This document shows positions 18,635-27,576 of a stretch of DNA of 35,972 nt, piece by piece (the stretch's first letter is position 1; each line of letters starts with the position of its first letter). A program made the translations under genes and the position numbers. Location of the stretch: contig JBEPZZ010000009.1 of assembly GCA_041640575.1 (NCBI GenBank), positions 1 to 35,972 on the forward strand. Reading direction: 5' to 3'. The DNA is from Pseudothermotoga sp. GTDB lineage: Bacteria; Thermotogota; Thermotogae; Thermotogales; DSM-5069. Below the pieces are notes generated by a model. The model was not told where the DNA came from and did no database searches. It saw only the letters and a program-made list of their open reading frames with translations.

Positions 18635-19150
18635 CTAGCGGTCTAGTACAAGAAAATAGGGGAGCTGATTCCCGATCTTAAGTTGTTCCCTAACATCCGC
18701 AGGTACCAAGTTAACCATTTCAAAATCATAGCCTTCTATGTTTATAGCCCAGATTTTTTCATTAGGAGCATAGAAATACATTTGTTTCGACGAAGTATAA
18801 ACTACATTTACTCCATTGTTGGCAACTCTCTTAAGTTGATAGTAATCTCCACTCTTCTCAATAATATAACGCACAGTCTTTGTCTGATCTCCAATCCTTT
18901 CTACAAAGACAAGTTGCCTACCATCTTCTGAGATTGTGGCAGTTGAAACCGAGTGCCACCAAAAATCTTGTCTGAGATAATCAATGGCCATGAAAAAGTT
19001 TATATCCTGGTCTATTTTCTGAACAATTCTGTGAGAACGTGCGATAACAAAATACAACAGCTCATAAATCATAGCACAGAATATGATACTTATGAAGATA
19101 TACAACAATAACTCTACTAGAACAGCTCCCCCACGACTTTGCTTATCCAT
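18635..19150 (-). CDS. Prepilin-type (class III signal peptide) minor pilin/pseudopilin-like protein
   Basis: Short charged leader MDKQSRGG|AVLVELLLYIFISIIF with Gly at -1, Glu at +5 and a hydrophobic helix; AIDYLRQD resembles PilW/GspJ-type helices. Confidence 0.7.
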   Translation of the reverse strand: MDKQSRGGAVLVELLLYIFISIIFCAMIYELLYFVIARSHRIVQKIDQDINFFMAIDYLRQDFWWHSVSTATISEDGRQLVFVERIGDQTKTVRYIIEKSGDYYQLKRVANNGVNVVYTSSKQMYFYAPNEKIWAINIEGYDFEMVNLVPADVREQLKIGNQLPYFLVLDR

Positions 19151-19161
19151 TCTTGTAGGAA

Positions 19162-20184
19162 TTACCTACTTAGACTTTCGTATGCTTCCGCATTGAGTAT
19201 AGCACACCCAGCAGCTCCTCTAATAGTATTGTGTACAAGTGCAAGGAAGCGGAATCTTTTTTCGCTAATTTGTACAACTCTTCCAACGCTTACACTCATA
19301 CCATTACCGAGGTTTCTATGAAGTTTCGGCTGTGGTACATCCAGGCCATCCAAGTAAATCAAAGGTTTTTCTGGTGCAGTGGGAAGTTTCAAGTGCTTTA
19401 TGGGGTTGAATTTTTCGAATGCCTCTATTATTTTCTCTCTTGAGGTCTTCATATTTGTTTGCACAAAAACCGAAAGAAGATGGCCATCTTGAACTGGTAC
19501 CCTGTTGCACTGAGCTATTATTTCGAATTTGGCGTACTCTATTTTGCCATCGAACCTTTGACCAAGTATTTTTTTCGGTTCTACCATCATTTTTTCCTCT
19601 TCATTCTTTATAAATGGTATTACATTGTCTAAAATGTCAAGAGAAGCTACCCCTGGATAGCCCGCTCCTGAGATTGCTTGCATTGTAACAACATTGACTG
19701 ATTCGATTCCAAAGTTGTCCATAATCGGTTTTAGAGCCATCACGAGTCCTATTGTTGAGCAGTTCGGATTGGTTATCATTTTTCCAAGACTTTGCTGGTA
19801 TCTGACCATTTCAAGGTGATCCAAATTAACTTCGGGAACGACGAGAGGAACATCGTCATCTAACCTATGACTTGCGGCATTCGAGAAAATTATGTACCCT
19901 GCTTTTCGAAATTCATCTTCTATCGGACCGGCAATATCGGATGGAAGTGCCGAAAAAACGTAGTCACACTCAATGTCCGGTGTGCATGTTTTCACAGTTA
20001 ATTCTGCAACTTCCGAGGGAATGCTTCTATCAAGCTTCCAACGAACTGCTTGTTTGTACTTCAACCCAGCAGAATTATCAGATGCACAGACTGCAACAAT
20101 CTTGAAATAGGGATGGTTATCTAGTAGCTGTACAAACCTTTGGCCCACAAGCCCGGTAGCCCCAAGTATTGCTACTCTTTTCAT
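19162..20184 (-). CDS. asd: Aspartate-semialdehyde dehydrogenase, archaeal/fungal-type
   Basis: VAILGATGLVGQRFVQLLDNHPYF, VPEVN, NPNCST, QAISGAGYPGV, RVPVQDGH and HNTIRGAAG motifs. Start moved to ATG 20184 (SD AAGGGGG). Confidence 0.95.
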   Translation of the reverse strand: MKRVAILGATGLVGQRFVQLLDNHPYFKIVAVCASDNSAGLKYKQAVRWKLDRSIPSEVAELTVKTCTPDIECDYVFSALPSDIAGPIEDEFRKAGYIIFSNAASHRLDDDVPLVVPEVNLDHLEMVRYQQSLGKMITNPNCSTIGLVMALKPIMDNFGIESVNVVTMQAISGAGYPGVASLDILDNVIPFIKNEEEKMMVEPKKILGQRFDGKIEYAKFEIIAQCNRVPVQDGHLLSVFVQTNMKTSREKIIEAFEKFNPIKHLKLPTAPEKPLIYLDGLDVPQPKLHRNLGNGMSVSVGRVVQISEKRFRFLALVHNTIRGAAGCAILNAEAYESLSR

Positions 20185-20197
20185 CTTATTCCCCCTT

Positions 20198-21142
20198 CTA
20201 TCTCTTTCCATAAACTGCCTCGAGCAAAGCTCTCGAAGATTGTCCTTTACCCATGGTAAAAATATGAATCCCTGGCACCCCATATAAAAGTAGCTTTTCG
20301 ACAAGTGATGCCATGTACTTTGTTCCAAGTAAAAACTCCTCTTTTGGTGTCCGAGCATCTGACATTTGTTGAAGAAAGTCATTTGGAATGGTAACAAAGA
20401 ATTTTTTCGGGATCTCATAAATTGATTTCAAGCTTACAATAGGTTTTATACCGGGAATTATTGGAATATTTATTTGTTTTTCTCGGGCCATTTCAACAAA
20501 TCTTTTGTAGATCTCAAAATCGAAAATCATCTGAGTTATAGCATATTCGGCACCAGCATCGACTTTCTCTTTAAAATGCCTTAAGTCTTCTTCTATGTTC
20601 GGAGCTTCATAGTGTTTTTCAGGATATGCTGCTACTCCTATGCAAAAATCTGTTCTCAAAGTTCCCTCACCTGGCAAAAGGTACTCTCCCCTGTTCATCT
20701 TTGAGATTTGCTCTACAAGTTGCACAGCATATTTATAACTCGATTGCTCTGGCTGCATGTTTTTGCTTTCATATTCACCCCTTATTACAAAAACATTTTC
20801 TACACCAATTAGATGAAGATCAATGAGAAGTTCTTCCGTTTGGAATTTATTCATACCATAACACAAAACGTGCGGTACAACGTCAATTTTGTACTTTTTC
20901 ATCAAGGCTGCTGTCAAACCAACTGTACCAGGTCTTTTCACTTTTGGCACCTTTATGATACCCTCTGGAGTTTCGATATAAGCAATTTCGGCGGCATGGC
21001 GAGTGACATTTACAAAATCAACACCAAAATCCATTAGATTGTCTATAACACGATATATTTCCTCTACACTTTGGCCTCTAATTGGTGGCAAGACTTCAAT
21101 TGAAAGAATCTTTTTCTGAGTTATTTTCTCTGTCACCTTCAT
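20198..21142 (-). CDS. metF: Methylenetetrahydrofolate reductase
   Basis: SIEVLPP, DFVNVT, VVPHVLC, VIRGE, IGVAAYPEKH, KVDAGAEYAITQMIFD and GIHIFTM motifs. Start moved to ATG 21142. Confidence 0.92.
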   Translation of the reverse strand: MKVTEKITQKKILSIEVLPPIRGQSVEEIYRVIDNLMDFGVDFVNVTRHAAEIAYIETPEGIIKVPKVKRPGTVGLTAALMKKYKIDVVPHVLCYGMNKFQTEELLIDLHLIGVENVFVIRGEYESKNMQPEQSSYKYAVQLVEQISKMNRGEYLLPGEGTLRTDFCIGVAAYPEKHYEAPNIEEDLRHFKEKVDAGAEYAITQMIFDFEIYKRFVEMAREKQINIPIIPGIKPIVSLKSIYEIPKKFFVTIPNDFLQQMSDARTPKEEFLLGTKYMASLVEKLLLYGVPGIHIFTMGKGQSSRALLEAVYGKR

Positions 21143-21881
21143 TATTGTACCTTTCACCCTCTCCAAATAAAACCAATTCGTGTTCTCCGACAATACCAAG
21201 TTTATCCTCAAGGATTACCACTACAGTTTTGACATGCTCACGAATCGCACTTTGAAGTAGCATCTCCACATCGTCTTTTACCTTAACCATGTTGCAGTAC
21301 GCCGTTGCAAAAGCATCTGCAATAGTTGCATTTTTACTCACCACTGTTACGGCATCTGCTTTACCAAAACTCAAAGAATGTCCGACTGTTCCTGAACTTG
21401 TGCAAACACCCCATTCCCCAGGTGGAATTATCAAACCTATCTTACAAGATAGAGGAGAACTGCCTGCATAAATCGAAACAAAAACATTTTCCAAGTTTTT
21501 GATATAGATATCACCACCATTTTCAACTATCACTTGTGAACAAGCAAATTTTGCACTCAAAAAATTCCCAACTCTGTCAGCAATGGCTCCAGCGATTGCA
21601 GCCATTGGTCCAACACCTGCTAATTTTGCCGCTTGAGACATCGCAAAAATGATTTCTGGAGAATCTTCTGATACCTCGATGGGTTCCAAACTTGTCAGAA
21701 AATCTGGTGCTTTCACGGCATATGTCTTTATAGTTTGCCTTAGTTCACTGACAAATTTCAAAACAGCTGATTCCATGCCATAAGCATAGCTATCTACCGC
21801 TATCCATAGGTCAGTTTCCTCACATTGAACAGTAAAGTACTTTAATCCACTCTTGTGCCAACTTCTGTAGAATCTTTCCAA
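21096..21881 (-). CDS. UPF0280/ApbE-like protein (COG2122, MA1715-like sulfide-assimilation factor)
   Basis: ETDLWI, VGPMAAIAGAIA, VIVENGGDI, GVCTSSGTVGHSLSFGKADAVTV and ADAFATA motifs. Confidence 0.9.
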   Translation of the reverse strand: MERFYRSWHKSGLKYFTVQCEETDLWIAVDSYAYGMESAVLKFVSELRQTIKTYAVKAPDFLTSLEPIEVSEDSPEIIFAMSQAAKLAGVGPMAAIAGAIADRVGNFLSAKFACSQVIVENGGDIYIKNLENVFVSIYAGSSPLSCKIGLIIPPGEWGVCTSSGTVGHSLSFGKADAVTVVSKNATIADAFATAYCNMVKVKDDVEMLLQSAIREHVKTVVVILEDKLGIVGEHELVLFGEGERYNNEGDRENNSEKDSFN

Positions 21882-23197
21882 GGCGGAAGCCTCACTCCGA
21901 CCGGACAGGCATCACTGCAAATCATACAATTGACACATTTCTGGGGTTGAAAAACAAGTTTGCTGTCCACCATAAGTAATGCATCAAAAGCACATAGTGA
22001 AACACATGCACCACAGTGAACACATTCTGGTTCATCTCTGAGGAATGGCTCGGATTCTTTCAGCCCCTCAAGCACCTTAAGTGTTCTCGGTTCATTAAAG
22101 TGCATAACTGGTTGTGATAGGAAAAACTTTTGCTCGATAATCCAGTTCTTCAACACTTGCGCAATTTCTCTAGCCATGGCCAAACTTGAGAGCGAGGAAG
22201 TTTTAACTTTCTTTCCGGCAATCTCAACAGACCCAGAACTCAGTTCGGCGTAACTAACCAATCTAACGACAGAATACCCCGGCTTTGAATAATCACGAAT
22301 CGCAGTTTCTATTTCTTGGTTGGATCTCGTCACATAATAAGCTATTTCTTCATCCAAAACTGGAATTGGAACACCAATTCCAATGAAAATCGTTACCCCA
22401 TAGTTCTTAAAATAGGCTGCTCGAATGTATCTTGGGTTCATTTTCTTGGCGTCACCAATAACTGCTAAAGTTCTTGCTGGTCTTAGGGGTATTCCAAATG
22501 AATTAAGCGTAATATCTGTTCTAAATTGAGTTCCTGGCCAAACAACATATCCCTCAGCCCCACAGAGAAATATTCTAGTTCCCAAACCAATTGTAAGCAA
22601 CTTTGGGTCTTTCAAGAGTGGACTGAGCTCACCAGATGTAGAGTAGGTGACGTTTCCGTAATTTGGTAAAAGCTTTCCCATATATGTATAAAGAACTCGA
22701 TCTGAACTGTTAGTTGCTGCAGAATAGTTTTGGTAAGCGTTTCTTGGATTGAAAATGAAGAAATCATTTATTATATCTTTGTTTATGTAACCCTCGAAGT
22801 CTTTTCGTGGATAACAATCAGTTCCTTTTCCAGAGGCTTTCATGTAAACATTCTTTCCCCTTATAAGGGCTTCTATAACGTGAGCACCACCAAAAGATTT
22901 GTCCTGTTCTGACTCTTGAGTGGCACCAATGTAGCCGTCTACTGCTGCTAAACCACCGTAAACTTCAACACCTTCGATCTTAATCTTTTCCATTCTCATC
23001 AAAGGGTTTGTATGACCAAAGTTGATAAAAGCTCCACTAGAACACATAGGTGCAAAAGTAGCAGTAGTAACCACATCCACTTTTTCGGTTATCTCTTTTA
23101 AAGAAGTTTCCTTTGCCATCTTTACAACCTCTTCGGCTGTTAAGACTACCGCTTTACCCTCTTTAATCTTCTTGTTCACTTCTTCAATAGTTCTCAA
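21842..23197 (-). CDS. Homocysteine biosynthesis protein (DUF39/COG1900, aspartate-semialdehyde sulfurtransferase-like) fused to a C-terminal 2x[4Fe-4S] ferredoxin
   Basis: RTIEEVNKKIKEGKAVVLTAEE, DVVTTATFAPMCSSG, GTDCYPR, NPRNAYQNY and GELSPLLKDP motifs; C-terminal CVHCGACVSLC and CVNCMICSDACP. Confidence 0.9.
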   Translation of the reverse strand: MRTIEEVNKKIKEGKAVVLTAEEVVKMAKETSLKEITEKVDVVTTATFAPMCSSGAFINFGHTNPLMRMEKIKIEGVEVYGGLAAVDGYIGATQESEQDKSFGGAHVIEALIRGKNVYMKASGKGTDCYPRKDFEGYINKDIINDFFIFNPRNAYQNYSAATNSSDRVLYTYMGKLLPNYGNVTYSTSGELSPLLKDPKLLTIGLGTRIFLCGAEGYVVWPGTQFRTDITLNSFGIPLRPARTLAVIGDAKKMNPRYIRAAYFKNYGVTIFIGIGVPIPVLDEEIAYYVTRSNQEIETAIRDYSKPGYSVVRLVSYAELSSGSVEIAGKKVKTSSLSSLAMAREIAQVLKNWIIEQKFFLSQPVMHFNEPRTLKVLEGLKESEPFLRDEPECVHCGACVSLCAFDALLMVDSKLVFQPQKCVNCMICSDACPVGVRLPPWKDSTEVGTRVD

Positions 23198-24540
23198 TTC
23201 TGATCCTCCTTTCCAAAAAACTCATCATGTATAGCCTGTAAAGCGGCGGTTCGATCAGATATATTTACGATGAAATACATCGTGACATCCGAGGCTCCCG
23301 CGGATATCATTTCCACGTTGATGTCTTTCTTCGAAACAGCCATGAAAACTCTTGCTGCAATTCCATATTTTTGTAGGATGCCATTTCCAACCACAGCTAT
23401 GAGTGATATACCAGTTTTGTAATTGATCTCCTCTATCTCAGAGATATTTATTCTCTTGCTCGCTTTTTTAAACTTATCAATATCCTGACTGCTTATCAAG
23501 AGATTAATGCTTGTCTGGGATGTTACAACCGACTTTATATTTAGTCCTTCATTTCCAAACGTAGACGCAATTTGACCAAGTATACCTGGGACACGACCAA
23601 CGTTTGTCCCCTTAAATTGAACCACTGCTATGTCATCGGTAAAAGAAATGCTCTTGACGACTCTGTTAGTGCAAGTACCGTTTGACCAAATAATCGTATC
23701 TGGTTGATCTATTGACACAAAGTTGTGAATGTTGAATATATACAACGGTATCGATTTCTTTCTAAGTGGGTCAACGGACGCATGGTGCAATATTTTAGCA
23801 CCGAAGTAAGAAAGTTCTGCAGCTTCATCATAGTTCAAGCTTTTAACGGGTTTAACTCCCGTTACAAATTTTGGATCACAAGTCATAAAACCAGGAACGT
23901 CTTTGTACAAGTCAACTCGTTTCGCGTCGACACAGTAAGCAATTGCCGTTGCTGTGTAATCACTGCCACCACGTCCAAGGATAGTCACGTGATCTTCATG
24001 AATACCATAGAACCCCGGGATAACATAGTTCTTACCAGGCTCGAGCAGTTTTTTTAAGTTCGTCTCGGATTTTTCAAGATCAATTGAGGCATTTTTGAAC
24101 TTTCCATCTGTTACGAGACCAATCTTCTCTGGCAGGCCTTCGTAGCATTCTATGCCGTTTCTGTTCAACCACTTTGTTAGCATAAGCGAAGAGCATCTTT
24201 CACCATGACTTACTATTAAATCGTACACAAAATCTGGCACCTTGTTCATTAATTTAACAGCATGCAAGAAATTCTCAATCGAGAAAACTCTTTCTCTTAA
24301 ATCTTCATCATCATTAGCGAGAAAATCCTTGTAGGTTGAGTACAGTTGGTTCAAAAATTTTGAAACATCAATACTTGCTGGATTTCTCAACAGATCTATG
24401 AGTTGATTTGTCACACCGTAGGCAGCTGAAACAACTATTATCAATGGATCTTGATACATTTTCACAACAGATAAGATTTTTCCCAGATCACTTTTTGATC
24501 TTAAATTAGATCCACCGAATTTAAGAACCACACTTTTCAT
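23194..24540 (-). CDS. Aspartate kinase (monofunctional, two ACT domains)
   Basis: VLKFGGS, IVVSA, SHGERCS, LGRGGSDYTA, DVPGFMTCDP and EAAELSYFGAKILH motifs; C-terminal ACT repeats. Confidence 0.93.
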   Translation of the reverse strand: MKSVVLKFGGSNLRSKSDLGKILSVVKMYQDPLIIVVSAAYGVTNQLIDLLRNPASIDVSKFLNQLYSTYKDFLANDDEDLRERVFSIENFLHAVKLMNKVPDFVYDLIVSHGERCSSLMLTKWLNRNGIECYEGLPEKIGLVTDGKFKNASIDLEKSETNLKKLLEPGKNYVIPGFYGIHEDHVTILGRGGSDYTATAIAYCVDAKRVDLYKDVPGFMTCDPKFVTGVKPVKSLNYDEAAELSYFGAKILHHASVDPLRKKSIPLYIFNIHNFVSIDQPDTIIWSNGTCTNRVVKSISFTDDIAVVQFKGTNVGRVPGILGQIASTFGNEGLNIKSVVTSQTSINLLISSQDIDKFKKASKRINISEIEEINYKTGISLIAVVGNGILQKYGIAARVFMAVSKKDINVEMISAGASDVTMYFIVNISDRTAALQAIHDEFFGKEDQN

Positions 24541-26861
24541 TCTTTGTTCCTCCTTTTGATTATTTCTTTACAAAATTCCAGCGCTTCAATTGCGTCTTTT
24601 GCATAAAACACACCAAATCTCTCAGCCAGATCCTTGTTCATGGAAGCACCACCAGCTATGACAACAACCTTTATTCCTCTCTCAGTCAGCAAATCGACAA
24701 GCTCCTTGACACGCCAAACAGTTGTAGTCATCATAGCCGATAGACCAACTATATCAGGATTGATTTCCTTAATATTTTCAATAATTCTTTCAGCAGGCAC
24801 GTCCTTACCTAGATCATAAACTTCGAATCCTCCACTTCGAAGTACCGTTGCTACAATTTTCTTACCTATGTCATGAATATCTCCCTGAACCGTTGCCAAG
24901 ACAACCTTCCCGAGTTTGTGAGCTGATTCCCCGAGCAAACTGTTGAGACGATCAAAGGCTGGTTGTACCGTTTCAGCAGCAAGAATCAAATGTGGAAGGT
25001 AAATCTTCCCGTCCGAATAAAGTTTTCCAACCTTTTCCATTGCTTTTGCAAGAATTTCTTGACTAATTACCAATGGATCGAAGCTCTGAAGTTTCTCGCT
25101 AACAAAGTCCATGACTTTGTCTTTTTGACCTTTGACTATTGATTCTACAAGCGGATCGTTCAAGTCCGTATTTGCCTTAACAATTCCTTTTCCGTTTAAT
25201 GCTAAAGCACCTTCAACGATATTAATCGTTGTCAGCTCTTTCGAATTCAGTATAGCTGCTTTCAAACCTGCTTCAATGCACAAAGCCAGGAAAGCCGCAT
25301 TGACTTTTTCTCTGTTTGGAAGGCCAAAGCTAAGATTTGATAACCCAATTGAAGTTTTCAAGCCTGCTTTACTCAGCAGTTCAATGGTTTTTACAGTGAC
25401 GTGATAATCATTCCCTGCACCTATGGGAAGCACAAGCGGATCGAAATATATCCGTTCCAAGCTGATTCCCTGTTTCTCGATTAGGTCAGCAGACCTCATC
25501 GCTATTTGAAATCTCTCTTCTGCTGTCTTCGGTATGTCCTTCTCCATTGTAAGTACTATGAGTACTCCACCGTAGAGTTTCAACAATCTCAATCTTTCTA
25601 AAAGGTGAGCATCACGCGCTAGCGCTGAATTTACCACTGGTCTTCCGACATATTCTCTCATTGCCAACTCAAGAAATTCCAAATTTTGTATGTCCAAAGA
25701 GAGTGGCAACGATGATACTCGATCCAGCTCTAAGATTACATCCCTGAAATGACTATTATCTAGTAACTTCTCTATACCAAGGTTCACATCTATCGCTACA
25801 CATCCTTCTTTCTCCTGCTCATGAGCGAGCTGAACAACTGTGGAAAAATCTTTCTGCTGTATTTGGGCTTGCAGTTTCTTTTTTCCACTTGCATTTATTC
25901 TTTCACCTATTATCAAGAAGTCTTCAATGGGCTTGAGTATTGTTCGAGATGAAATAAATTGACCCTTATTTTCCTCTCTCTTTTTCGGCTTTTGTTCTCC
26001 AATGTATTTCACCATCGCTTCGATATGTTCGGGTCCTGTTCCGCAGCAACCACCAACTATGTTTGCACCAAATTGAACAAAATCTCTCATGTATATTGCA
26101 AATTCATCCGGTTTAGTTCGGTATTCCAATACATTCCCTCGAAGGAAAGGCTTTCCTGCATTTGGTTCAACGCAGAGAAATTTGTTGCAATACTTTGCTA
26201 GTTCTAGGAAAACAGATAACATATCCTTTGGCTCAAGTGTACAGTTTATCCCAACAACATCAACATCAAGATCGTTCATCAGCGTTGCGAAGATTTCCAC
26301 AGAAGTTCCAGTAACTGCCTTACCGTTTGTTTCAAATTTCATATGTGCAATTACAGGGATGTCCTGACTCACATCTCTTGCTGCCAGAAGCGCCGCTTTG
26401 AGTTCCTTTAAATCCGACATGGTTTCTATGATTATCCCATCTACACCGTTTTCAACAAGCAACTGTATTTGCTCTTTGAACACGAAATATGCATCTTCAA
26501 AATCGATCTCCCCTAAGGGTTTCACAAAACTACCGGTGGACGAAATGTCTCCAAAAATCAGATTACCCTTCGCAACCGATCTTGCTATTTTAACCGCCGC
26601 AACATTAATTTGCTCAAAAAGGCTTTCATAACCGTGTGCACGTAGTTTCGCCCTGTTTGCACTAAAAGTGTTTGTAAGCAACAAATCAGCACCAGCTTCC
26701 ACGTATTCTCTTTGTAGTTTCTCAACAACTTCTGGTTTTCGCAGGTTCAAAAGCTCTATTAATTCTGTTCTCTCTCCTCGCTTGAAGAACTCTGTGCCAT
26801 ATGCTCCATCAAGGAAAAGCACTCGGCGCTCGAGAATCTTTCTAAATTCCTCTCTTTTCAT
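24537..26861 (-). CDS. metH: Cobalamin-dependent methionine synthase (Hcy-binding, pterin-binding and B12-binding domains; no activation domain)
   Basis: LDGAYGT, TNTFSAN, GINC, GGCCGT, IGERINASG, GLSNLSFG and GDIHDIGK (DxHxxG) motifs. Start ATG 26861 overlaps the upstream stop (ATGA). Confidence 0.94.
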   Translation of the reverse strand: MKREEFRKILERRVLFLDGAYGTEFFKRGERTELIELLNLRKPEVVEKLQREYVEAGADLLLTNTFSANRAKLRAHGYESLFEQINVAAVKIARSVAKGNLIFGDISSTGSFVKPLGEIDFEDAYFVFKEQIQLLVENGVDGIIIETMSDLKELKAALLAARDVSQDIPVIAHMKFETNGKAVTGTSVEIFATLMNDLDVDVVGINCTLEPKDMLSVFLELAKYCNKFLCVEPNAGKPFLRGNVLEYRTKPDEFAIYMRDFVQFGANIVGGCCGTGPEHIEAMVKYIGEQKPKKREENKGQFISSRTILKPIEDFLIIGERINASGKKKLQAQIQQKDFSTVVQLAHEQEKEGCVAIDVNLGIEKLLDNSHFRDVILELDRVSSLPLSLDIQNLEFLELAMREYVGRPVVNSALARDAHLLERLRLLKLYGGVLIVLTMEKDIPKTAEERFQIAMRSADLIEKQGISLERIYFDPLVLPIGAGNDYHVTVKTIELLSKAGLKTSIGLSNLSFGLPNREKVNAAFLALCIEAGLKAAILNSKELTTINIVEGALALNGKGIVKANTDLNDPLVESIVKGQKDKVMDFVSEKLQSFDPLVISQEILAKAMEKVGKLYSDGKIYLPHLILAAETVQPAFDRLNSLLGESAHKLGKVVLATVQGDIHDIGKKIVATVLRSGGFEVYDLGKDVPAERIIENIKEINPDIVGLSAMMTTTVWRVKELVDLLTERGIKVVVIAGGASMNKDLAERFGVFYAKDAIEALEFCKEIIKRRNKE

Positions 26862-27415
26862 CCATACCACCCAATCATGCAAACTGTAGACTTTCGGGGT
26901 ATCATTATCCCTGTTTCAAGTACCTCTATCTCCGCGATCTTCAAGAGATCCTTCACAAGGTACTTATTCATGGTTATGTCCACATTACCATATCCTGGAG
27001 AAAATCTCATTGTACCTTCCCCAAATCTCTCTCGAAGCAACCTGTCAAAACGCTCATTTAGACTTTCAACAGCTTCTGATCCCCATGCATCCAATATAAA
27101 AGCTGCAAAAAGATCGCTACCGGAATATCTTTCTATCAACTTGTCAAACTCATTACCCAGTGTGGAAACAAATACCGTTAGGGTTTTAACACCTTTGAAA
27201 ATATTTGGCATTGCAGCTTCAGGAAGAGCTTTGGCTGAAACTGTTTCATAGTAAACTACAGGTTCAACACTGGCCAGAGCCATTAAAAAGAGCTCGTTAA
27301 CCCTTCGCAAGAAATCCAAGTCGTTAATCTTGGAATATCTTGTTCCCGCTCGAGCAAGGAAAATGTTCTTGTCAGGCATATATTCGAATTTCTCCGGGAC
27401 GTATTTGCTGGCCAT
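26858..27415 (-). CDS. Stand-alone methionine synthase reactivation (AdoMet-binding) domain protein, TM0269-like
   Basis: FVSTLG, ILDAWGSEAVE, MRFSPGYG and MIPRKS motifs; translationally coupled to metH. Confidence 0.88.
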   Translation of the reverse strand: MASKYVPEKFEYMPDKNIFLARAGTRYSKINDLDFLRRVNELFLMALASVEPVVYYETVSAKALPEAAMPNIFKGVKTLTVFVSTLGNEFDKLIERYSGSDLFAAFILDAWGSEAVESLNERFDRLLRERFGEGTMRFSPGYGNVDITMNKYLVKDLLKIAEIEVLETGIMIPRKSTVCMIGWYG

Positions 27416-27576
27416 TTGTTTCCTCCCACTAACGAAAGTTGCTTTTTAAACTAATCATAAACCCAAAATCTCATTGAAATGTAAACAAAATCAGAACGAA
27501 CTTTTACAACCATTTCGCGAGATTCAACTATTAAAAATGGTTAAAAAGGTATAATCTGAAATGGGAGGTGCCGATC

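Noticed and set aside
27416..27567. SAM-I (S-box), T-box or cobalamin riboswitch upstream of the met operon
   Set aside because: The region is short and AT-rich, with no recognisable aptamer core or terminator/antiterminator hairpins on the minus strand. An Rfam scan would be definitive.
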